Positions 10,068-19,678 of a stretch of 64,000 bases of DNA are shown here, piece after piece (position 1 is the first letter of the stretch; every line of letters begins with the position of its first letter). The translations under genes were made by a program, and so were the position numbers. Below the pieces are notes generated by a model that was not told where the DNA came from, made no database searches, and was given only the letters and a program-made list of their open reading frames with translations. The stretch comes from Monocercomonoides exilis PA203 (lineage: Eukaryota; Protista; Preaxostyla): positions 372,001-436,000 of the forward strand of contig LSRY02000008.1 in assembly GCA_001643675.2 (NCBI GenBank). The letters run 5' to 3'.

Positions 10068-13000
10068 TCATTCTTTCATCCAAAGAGGTGGCTCAGTCTC
10101 AACGTAATATTTCCAGTAATCTTTCATTGTCATCCCGCTTTTGTCTTTGAGTGAATTAAAATGCCTCATCCACTCCGGTGGCTCTGTCTTCACATTTTTT
10201 ATCCAATGCATCGCCATTGTCCTTCCATCCCTGTCAGAAAGCGCAATTCTATGTCTCATATATTCTGGCGGCTCTGCTTTGATGCATTTAATCCAATACA
10301 TTGCCATTGTTAATCCTTCTTTATCAGCAAATGAAGCTTCATGTCTCATCCATCCTGGAAACTCTGTCTTCACATTTATAATCCACAGCATAGCCATCGT
10401 TTTCCCCTCCTTATCTGCAATTAAAGCATCATGTCGAATTTCTACAGGCGGTTCTGTTTTCACATGATAAACCCAATACATCGCCATTGTTCGTCCGTCC
10501 CTGTTAGCAAGCGAAATTCTATGTCTCATCCATACTGGTGGCTCAGTCTTCACATTTTCTATCCATCCCATGGCCATCGTTTCTCCATCCTTATCAGAAA
10601 GTGCAGCATCATGCCTCATCCATTCTGGTGGGTCTGTTTTAACCCAGAAAATCCAATTCATCGCCATTGTCCTTCCACTTTTATCGCAAAGTGCAGCATC
10701 ATGTCTCATCCATTCAGGTGGCTCTTTTCTGACATAAATGATCCACGTCATGGCCATTGTCCATCCGTCCTTGTCTGCAAGCGATGCGTAATGCCTCATC
10801 CATTTAGGTGGTTCTGTTTTCGCATTCTCAATCCACAGCATGGCCATCGTATTCCCATTGATATTCCCTAATGTTACATCATGCCTCATCCACTCTGGAG
10901 GTTCTGTTTTTTTCTCCTCAATCCACTTCATCGATAACGTCCTCCCTTCCTTCTTGCCTTGTGTGTTATCCATTATCATCCACAGTGGAGGATCTGTTTT
11001 GACGGTTGCAATCCAATGCATTGCCATTGTTCGTCCTTCTTTATCAGCAACTTCGTTGTTATGTCTCATCCATTCTGGTGGTTCAGTTTTGACATGTTGA
11101 ATCCACTTCATTGCCATTGTTTCTCCTTTGTTGTCTTTGTGTGTAATTATATGCCTTATTGATAAAGGCGGTTCTGAATGGACTTCTTGAACCCATAGCA
11201 TCGCCACTGTATTTCCACCTTTATCACCAATTGTTGTATCATGCATCATCCAATTAGGTGGTTCTTTTTTGACATACCTAACCCAATGCATGGCCATTGT
11301 GTATCCATTCTTATCAGCAAGCGCAATTCTATGACTCATCCATGATGGAGGTTCTGTCTTTACGTTATAAATCCAGATCATCGCCATTGTTAATCCTTCT
11401 TTATTTCTAAGCGTGATGTTATGTCTCATCCATTCTGGCGGTTCTGTTTTTGCATGTTTTATCCAGTACATTGCCATCGTCATTCCATTATCATCTACAA
11501 GCGTTATGCTATGCCTCATCCACTCGGGAGGTTCTGTTTTTTTCTCCACAATCCACTTCATCGATAATGTCCTCCCATCTGTGTAGCTTCGTGTGTTATC
11601 CATTATCATCCACAGTGGAGGGTCTGTATTGATCTCCTTTATCCAGTGCATGGCCATTGTTCGTCCTTCCTTGTCTGCAACTTCATTGTTATGTCTCATC
11701 CATTCTGGTGGTTCTGTCTTGACATTCTCTATCCACAACATGGACATCGTTTCTCCTTTCTTATTTCCAAGTGAAATTCTATGTCTCATCCAATAAGGAA
11801 GAGCTTTTTTAACCCAGTTGATCCACAGCATGGCCATTGTTTCTCCGTTCTTATCAGAAAGTGTAATATCATGCCTCATCCATTCTGGTGGCTCTGATTT
11901 TACAGATTGAATCCAGTGCATTGCCATCGTTTTCCCAAACTTATCGGCAAGTGTGTTGTCGTGTTTCATCCAATTTGGTGGTTCTGTCTTGTTCTCAATG
12001 ATCCACCTCATTCCCGCTGTTTGTCCATTTTTGTCTTTCAATGTTTCATCAAATTTCATCCATTCTGGTAATTCAGTTTTAACATAGTATTCCCAACATT
12101 GAGCCATTGTCAGTCCTCTCTCAGTTTTTAATGAATTGCAATGTCTCATCCATACTGGTGGCTCAGTCTTCACATTTTCTATCCATCCCATGGCCATCGT
12201 TTCTCCATCCTTATCAGGAAGTGTGGGATCATGTCTCATCCATCTTGGAGGTTCTGTTTTCACATGATAAATCCAATACGTAGCCATTGTTCGTCCAAAC
12301 TTATCGGTAAGTGTGTTGTCGTGTCTCATCCATTCTGGCGGTTCTGTCTTGATTTCCCTTATCCACAACATTCCCATTGTCTCTCCACCGCTATCGCGAA
12401 GTGTAATATCATGTCTCATCCACATTGGTGGTTCTGTCTTCACATATTCAATCCACTGCATGGCCATTGTTTGCTTTTTCCAACCGCCTGAAAGAGTAAT
12501 GTCATGTCTCATCCATGCTGGAGGTTCTGTTTTAACTTGCTTTATCCAATGCATAGCCATTGTCCATCCGTCATTATCAGAAAGTGCTGCATCATGCCTC
12601 ATCCATTCAGGTGGCTCTTTTTCGACGTGAATGATCCACGTCATGGACATTGTTTTCCCATTCTTGTCTTTAAGTGCAATATCGTGTCTCATCCGCTCTG
12701 GTGGTTCTGTATTTTTTTTTATAATCCAACGAATAGGATCAGTGCATTCGTCATCTTCTCTAATTGTATTATTATATTTCATATGTTTCCAAGGTTCTGC
12801 TTTTTCATCCTTTTCGCTAAATGTTATGCCTGGCCGTAACCAATCTGGAGGTTCTTTTCCCAACTTCTCCATCCAGTGCATGCCCATTGTCATTCCTTTG
12901 TTATCTTTCATTTCCAGGCTATGTCTCATCCATCTAGGAGGTTCTGTTCGAACGCTTGTTATCCAGAACATAGCCATTGTCAATCCACAACCATCAGTAA

Positions 13001-13391
13001 GAGAATTTTCGTGTCTCATCCATTCTGGTGGTTCTGATTTATTCTCTATGATCCAGTGCATGGCCATAGTCCTTCCTTCCTTGTCTGCAAAAGTTATGCT
13101 ATGTCTCATCCACTCCGGAGGTTCTGTTTTTACGTATTTAATCCAGTGCATCGCCATCGTACGCCCATTCCTATTCTGAAGCGTGTTTTCATGCCTCATC
13201 CACTTCGGAGGCTCTGTTTTAACAATTGCTATCCAATATGCTGCCATCGTTTCTCCATCCGAATCAGCAATTGTATTTTCATGTCTTATTATCTTTGGTG
13301 GCTCTGTTTGATTCTCCATAATCCATCGCATCGCACTTGTGAATTTGCGTTTATCATTTTGGATATTCATTGTTTCCGCATTATTGCCCAT
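10068..13391 (-). CDS. 30-aa tandem-repeat protein 1 (about 36 units, consensus DKxGxTMAMxWIxxVKTEPPEWMRHDxTL; divergent ankyrin-like)
   Basis: Long uninterrupted ORF with 90-bp periodicity. Likely start is MGNNAE at 13391, by analogy to MGNKVD of copy 3; the ORF extends to 13466. Confidence 0.85.
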   Translation of the reverse strand: MGNNAETMNIQNDKRKFTSAMRWIMENQTEPPKIIRHENTIADSDGETMAAYWIAIVKTEPPKWMRHENTLQNRNGRTMAMHWIKYVKTEPPEWMRHSITFADKEGRTMAMHWIIENKSEPPEWMRHENSLTDGCGLTMAMFWITSVRTEPPRWMRHSLEMKDNKGMTMGMHWMEKLGKEPPDWLRPGITFSEKDEKAEPWKHMKYNNTIREDDECTDPIRWIIKKNTEPPERMRHDIALKDKNGKTMSMTWIIHVEKEPPEWMRHDAALSDNDGWTMAMHWIKQVKTEPPAWMRHDITLSGGWKKQTMAMQWIEYVKTEPPMWMRHDITLRDSGGETMGMLWIREIKTEPPEWMRHDNTLTDKFGRTMATYWIYHVKTEPPRWMRHDPTLPDKDGETMAMGWIENVKTEPPVWMRHCNSLKTERGLTMAQCWEYYVKTELPEWMKFDETLKDKNGQTAGMRWIIENKTEPPNWMKHDNTLADKFGKTMAMHWIQSVKSEPPEWMRHDITLSDKNGETMAMLWINWVKKALPYWMRHRISLGNKKGETMSMLWIENVKTEPPEWMRHNNEVADKEGRTMAMHWIKEINTDPPLWMIMDNTRSYTDGRTLSMKWIVEKKTEPPEWMRHSITLVDDNGMTMAMYWIKHAKTEPPEWMRHNITLRNKEGLTMAMIWIYNVKTEPPSWMSHRIALADKNGYTMAMHWVRYVKKEPPNWMMHDTTIGDKGGNTVAMLWVQEVHSEPPLSIRHIITHKDNKGETMAMKWIQHVKTEPPEWMRHNNEVADKEGRTMAMHWIATVKTDPPLWMIMDNTQGKKEGRTLSMKWIEEKKTEPPEWMRHDVTLGNINGNTMAMLWIENAKTEPPKWMRHYASLADKDGWTMAMTWIIYVRKEPPEWMRHDAALCDKSGRTMAMNWIFWVKTDPPEWMRHDAALSDKDGETMAMGWIENVKTEPPVWMRHRISLANRDGRTMAMYWVYHVKTEPPVEIRHDALIADKEGKTMAMLWIINVKTEFPGWMRHEASFADKEGLTMAMYWIKCIKAEPPEYMRHRIALSDRDGRTMAMHWIKNVKTEPPEWMRHFNSLKDKSGMTMKDYWKYYVETEPPLWMKE

Positions 13392-15799
13392 GTTGCTTGG
13401 CTTTTTAAGTTTGATCCAAAAAATAATTAAACAAAAAATAAATAATGGAATGTCCTTTAAGATCATTCAGATATTCAAATTTTCTGATATTTTAAGTTGA
13501 AATGAGGATTATTAAAGCAGAGAGAAAATACGGATGTTTGGCCCAATATTGCAATTGAATTGTTTTTCTTTTCACAAAAAATATTCAAAATTCAGCAAAC
13601 GAAGTTTATCTTTGGATTTATTGCTCTTTTGTTTATAATTGAGTAATTCCTAAATTTTTATTGGAACATCTTTTTAAATGCTTCAAACTTTTTAGATATT
13701 CTGCCTTTTTCCGATTTTTTGTGATTTTTACCGAATTTGATGATAGCCAAGCTTTGCAAGACCTTAACGGTTGCCAAACACTTATTTGTCGTTTCCGTAA
13801 TCCCCGTAAGCAGTTGAGAAAGGGGTTTTTGATTTTTATTGCATTCTGAAAGTGGTTTACTCATTTCCATTTCGAAAATGTTTTGATTCAAAGATAAATG
13901 CAATCACTTGAGATAGCACGAGTTATTATGAATCCTTTGATGTCTTGAAGAGATTTTGTTGATGCCTTTTATGATGGAAATGAGTGTGTTGACAAAAAAG
14001 AGAAGAAGAACAGTTTGTTGTTAATTTATTTTTCAATACCTAAATATTTATCTGTTGATGATTTTTGTGTTTCTTTCAGGGCAGGAGGCGGAAATGAATG
14101 AAAATAAATAAAAGCAGGATATCTCGTTGTGCAGGCTGATTATTGAGCTGGGAGAGCGAATTCATATGGAAAGTGCCCAGGATGAAGGGATTGGGAAGGG
14201 AATTGGAGATGAATTATTCTGACGAAAAACAAGGATATTTTTCAATGATGAGAGCGAAATTGAGCTGAATACATAAATTTTTCATTTTTCAGAAGAACCA
14301 GAAATCGATGCATTTGATGGGGAAACAACTGATGGAAAGGATGGTTGGCAAATCAGATGATGAAACACTTGAAAAAGGAAGGAATAATGAATTTTTATTG
14401 GAGGGAAACAGGCGCCGACAGAATAAAAAACAGAAAATTGCTTGTAAAAATGTTTGGAAGGTTTGCTGCTGTTGTTATTTTTTTTTGAAGTGATTATTAT
14501 TTTGTTTTAAGAATGCTGAAAGAACGAAAGATGAGATGGCTTTGAAGAAAAAGAAGAAAAGTTGAGAAGGAAAAATAAAGACGGACAGATGAAATGCGAG
14601 ATATTTCGAAGATGCCTGGAATCGGGCTTTGGAGAAGAATTAGTTTTGAGGAAAGATGATATTTTGTGAAAGAAGGGGAAGTGAAAACTAAAGAGACGGA
14701 ATGAAAAAGAGGAAAAAAGGAATTGTCGCATGTTTCTTATTAGCATTAACGAGAGAAAGAAGATTAAGAAGAATTAATGATGAATTTGGTGAACACTGTT
14801 ACAAGAAGAACATGAAAAATGGAAGAAGAAAAAAAGAATTAAAGTTTCATTGAATTTCTCCATTGATTATAATTTTCATTCATCTTCAAATTTCTCGATC
14901 TTCAATAACCTCATAAATGCACTTCTTCTTCTTTTTCCTCTTCTTCCTCTTCTTCCTCTTACTCTTACTCTTCTTCCTCTACAAAAGCAAACACTTTCAC
15001 CAGAACAAACGCTCCATCTGAGGCACTGAGTGTGACGGGGACGGAGATAGAGAGAAAATAAGATTCGACTTCTCGTTTTTCTACCTAATGTTTCGTTCGC
15101 AGCGTGGCTGTTGGCGTGTTTGAGGGAAACGTTTAATAGGGAAAGCACAGCATCTTTCAGAACAAGCAGCAATGAGGAGAAATGGAAGGAAAGCAGATGA
15201 AAAGAGCGAGAAAGGAGAAGAGAAGAGAAGAGGGAGAGGAGGAAGATAGAGTAAGATGAGAAAATTATAAAGAGGACGAAGAAGAAAAGAGTGATGCAGA
15301 ACACAAAAAGCGAAGATACGAAGAAAGTGTAAAACGGAAGATATAGAAAGAAATGGATGATGAGCTGAGCAAGCTGCGGAAGGAAGAACTTGATTAGGGC
15401 GAAACGAACTATTTTGGAGAGCAGGTGATCAAAGATGCAATTGAAGACAGGCTTGATGCGATGTATGGGAACAAGAAATCGAAAAGAAGGCGGAGAAGAA
15501 GATACGGAAACAGAGGGGAATCACGAAAACAGTGATAGAAATACAAGAAGTCATCAGAATTCTTCTTCTTCTTTTTCTTCCACTTCATCATCATCATCAT
15601 CATCATCATCGCCTTTTTCTTCTTCTCCTTCGTATTTTTCTGCTTTAAATTCTTCTTCCTCTTCCTCTTCTTCTTCTTCTTCTTCTTCATCTACCTCTTA
15701 ATCGTCTTTTTCTTGTTATTTCTGTTTCAACTCCTTCAACTCCTTTAGCAATTTCGTCTTCTTCCTTCTATATCTGCATCTTTTCCTTGCTATTTAATT

Positions 15800-15889
15800 C
15801 GTTCATCATCATCATCATCTTCTTCTTCTTCTTCTTTTTCTTCTTCTTCTTCTTCTTCTTCTTCTTCTTCTTCTTCTTCCTCTTCCTCT

Positions 15890-15921
<32 letters not shown>

Positions 15922-16320
15922 TTCTCATTCTCTTCTTTCTTCTTCTTCTTCTCCTTCTTCTCCTTCTTCTTCTTCTTCTTCTTCTTCTTCTTCTTCTTCT
16001 TCTTCTTCTTCTTCCTCTTCCTCTTCCTCTTCCTCTTCCTCTTTTTCTTCTTCTTCTTCTTCTTCTTCTTCTTCTTCTTCTTCTTCTTCTTCTTCTTCTT
16101 CTTCCTCTTTTTCTTCACCTTCTTCTTCTTCCTCTTCCTCTTTTTCTTCTTCTTCTTCTTCTTCTTCTTCTTCTTCTTCTTCTTCTTCTTCTTCTTCTTC
16201 TTCTTCTTCTTCTTCTTCACCTTCTTCTTCTTCCTCTTCCTCTTCACCTTCTTCTCCTTCTCCTTCTCCTTCTCCTTCTTTTCCTTCTTCTTCTTTTTCA
16301 CCTTTTTCTTCGATTTCTTC
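15800..16320. repeat. (TTC)n/(CTC) pyrimidine microsatellite
   Basis: About 500 bp of near-pure TTC/CTC triplets. Confidence 0.95.
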
Positions 16321-16822
16321 TCATATCCTTCATCATCGATCTGCTTCTCCATATTCTTTCTGCGAAGTAAGCGAAAGTGAAGAAGACGGCGAAAAAGATG
16401 AAAATGATGAAAACGATGAAAAAGATGAAGAAAACAACAAAGCAAACAACTTTACAGATGACTCAGATAATCCTTCACATGTTAGGCAGTCAGCAGAACG
16501 AGATGTTCGAATGGATTTTGGTTCAAATTGTGTCTTCAGAGCGAATCAAATAAGACATTCACTGATGATGCAACTGATTGAGTTTTCAATAGGACACTTT
16601 GTGGTGTGTGCACCGTCGATTCGATATGGGCCATATGGAGAGGATGAAGAGGAGGAAGAGAAGGAGAAGGAAGGAGAGAAAGAAGAGGGAAACAAAGGAA
16701 AGACAGAAAAAGGACTGACTTATCGAACTCCAAAGGGAGCACAAGGGATGAGAATGAAGAAAGAGCAAAGAGCATCTTTCGTTGACAAAATAGAACACAA
16801 AAGATGAACGTTTATATCATCG

Positions 16823-17022
16823 TCTTCTTCTTCTTCACCTTCTTCACCTTCTTCACCTTCTTCAGCCTTCTTCACCTTCTTATTCTTCTTATTCTTCTTA
16901 TTCTTCTTATTCTTCTTATTCTTCTTATTCTTCTTATTCTTCTTATTCTTCTTATTCTTCTTATTCTTCTTATTCTTCTTATTCTTCTTCTTCTTCTTCT
17001 TCTTCTTATTCTTCTTATTCTT

Positions 17023-17053
<31 letters not shown>

Positions 17054-17080
17054 TTCTTCTTCTTCTAATTCTAATTCTTC
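16823..17080. repeat. (CTTATTCTT)n / (CTT)n low-complexity repeat
   Basis: 9-bp and 3-bp tandem units, followed by a GAA-rich tract at about 17215-17330. Confidence 0.9.
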
Positions 17081-19158
17081 TTTTTTCCATGTGTTTTGCC
17101 CAGATATATGTGTTAAAGAATGTATTACTTTTTTGGGATTCAAGAATTATAAATTTCATCCGAAAAATATTTTGAATGAAAATGGATGCTTTTCGAAACA
17201 GGAGCGGGAGAGAGAAGAAGAGAAGGAAGAAGAAGAAGAAGAAAAGGAAGAGGAAGAGGAGGAGGAAGAAGATGATGATGAGAAAGAAGAAGAAGAAGAA
17301 GAGAAAGAAGAAGAAGAAGAGAAGGAGAAGAATTACTGGAGAGGAGCGTGAGGAGGTGTGTTGTGCTGGAGGAGAAAGTGAAAGAGAAGCTGAAGTCTCA
17401 AGCGAGAGACAAGAAAGAAGAGAAGAAGGTGTCTGAGACAGCGCTTCGATCAGTACTGGATGTTGAGGGGTTGATTGAGGAAGAAAAAGGAGAGGAGAAG
17501 GAAGAGGAAGGGGAAAGCAGTATTAGAGCAAGCATTCATCGAAGAAGGGGATTTGTCACAAGATGAAAATTCGAATCAGAACGATGGAAGTGAAGGTAAA
17601 ATGAGTTTGCGTTACGAAGGAGACTACAACGGTTAAGCTGAACGAGTTTGTTCAAAAAAAAAATAGAAGGGATTCTGTTTGATATACAGAAGATTGTCTT
17701 CAACGTCGTACCGCTGAGTAACATGTGCGCAATGGGCGGGTGCAACATTCGGAACAATGACGAGCTGAAGCTGATGCTGAGTCTGCAAGTGGGGGTGCAA
17801 TGTTGGTGAAATGGCAGATGGGGTAGATGGGTGAGGCTGGGAGCAAGAATGGCAATGCCGATGGATGGGATGGCAGGAGCAGGTGCATTGGCAGTGCTGA
17901 TGCTGAGAACGTTGATGCAATCGAATGCAATACAGAGGGTGAGCAATGCTGGCGCGATGCCTCGAAGAGCATTTCAGATTGACCGCTCTTTAACAGTGGA
18001 TGTTCCGATCAGTACAAAGAAGTTGTTGAATATAGAAGCAGAGAATGAGTATTATGGCTTTGCTTCGACTTCTTATGTCCCTTTTGCAGATGGTTGTGAA
18101 TGTGGTGTTGAGGAAGAAGAAGAGACAGCACCAATTGCGAAGTTCCTGCAGGTGGAACATTAGAAGGAGGAGAAGATGAAATTATATCTTCACGTTGCTT
18201 CTTTTCAAACTGATCCAATTGAGCGGAGCCATTTCCATCTGGATTTTGAGCTGTATCTGTTTGTGTGCATTGTGGAGGGAGAAGGCAGCAATGCGAGAGC
18301 ATTGTATTTTCTGCAGCCGAGAAGGAGGGCATTAGATTCTTGTGGTGGAGCACGCAACTGAACAGCCAGAGCGAAGAGATTTAGCGAATGTGTTGCAGGA
18401 GGCAGAGAAAATAGTGTTGCTGTCGTTTCTGGAGAAGGAGAATCTGCATCGAGCTGAGTGAAATTTTCAATTACATTGTTCTGGATGTGGGAGAAGAAAT
18501 TGTTAGACAGAGTTTTTGTGTGCCGTCGACAGTAAGCGTGAAGATGGTCGTGACAAAAGCAGAGGTGTGCGCACTGCAGCATCGCCCGTTTATCAATGTG
18601 CGGACTTTTGTGTTTGGAAAAGAGTGCTGAAAATGTGAATATGAAAAATCCACAATAAATATAAATGTAAAAGAAAAAACAAGTTGCAAACCATCGGTTT
18701 TGATTATTATTTTGTTCATTTGAACTTGTGTGATCCATATTTGATTTCACAAATTGTTGATTTTCATTTTGAGCATTTTCATATTCTATCAAAATTTAAG
18801 CTTTAGCTATAATCAGAATACTTTTTAATTCTCAGTAAAGAATCGAGATATTCCATGAAAATTTCATGAATCAGCAATTACAAGATAAACCGAAAAATGC
18901 CATCACATGTTCATCATTAATTCTCAATTTTTATTTTGATAAAAAAACAGAAATATAATTTTAAGTTTCAAATTGTTTTTTTCTTCCAAAGAGGTTTGTA
19001 ATGAAGAAGCAAACTTCATCGTAAACGTTGAAATATTTCTTGAGAATAATGGCAACGGAATGAAAAATAATCAACTGCGATGGGACAAAATTTCAATCAA
19101 TTACGACTTTTCAAAAAGAATAACACAGTTTTTTTTCAAAAATAGAAAAAAAATTCAA

Positions 19159-19678
19159 AATATCAGGTGAATGGAAATGATTTTGAAATGAAAAAAGATC
19201 CTGACAAAATTTTCAAAAACAAAGAGAAATTATTCTCTTTATGAAAATAAAAAAAAAATTGAAATGGATTGACAAAACTGTTGAATAGGATGAATAAAAA
19301 ATCACATACCATTCAAAACAACAGAGTGAATGGAGATGCTCTCAAATGGAAAAATAAAAGTCGGAAAGAATCGTTTTGTCAAATAATTATTGCTCGCTTT
19401 CTAAAAGTTATAAAAATTGACAAAAGTCAACGATTTGGTGAGTAATACAAACAAGTGAGAATATGAGGAAAATGGATTGAAATAGATATTCTTTGAAGAA
19501 CATCAAAAATACAAAAAGAAAGATAGAAAGACCAACCAAAAAGGATAAAGAACAGCAAATATCATTAAAATCATCTAAATGACGCAAATCTGCTGCTCAG
19601 TATTTGTGTGCTGATTGGAACAAATGAAATAAAGATTTATTTTTTGTTTCCGAAAACAGACAAATGAAATGAAAACAA
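19159..19678 (-). repeat. Conserved 3' flank of repeat-protein gene 2
   Basis: Colinear copy of 9542-10067. Confidence 0.85.

Larger units (their letters stand above)
13900..18660 (+). pseudogene. Decayed Glu/Lys- and Ser-rich gene of unknown family
   Basis: Purine-rich, codon-like sequence with GC above the intergenic level and fragmented ORFs (e.g. 17831-18163). Patchy similarity to 25500-26500 (NEYYG vs DDYYG). Boundaries approximate. Confidence 0.4.

Noticed and set aside
10141-13430. Antisense repeat ORFs (CLIHSGGSV / MSHPFWW) over the repeat genes
   Set aside because: Fragmented reverse-frame shadows of the 90-bp repeat; the same applies to copies 2 and 3.
15768-17175. Poly-Lys, poly-Phe, poly-Leu/Ile and poly-Arg ORFs
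   Set aside because: These are translations of TTC/CTT microsatellites, not evidence of genes.
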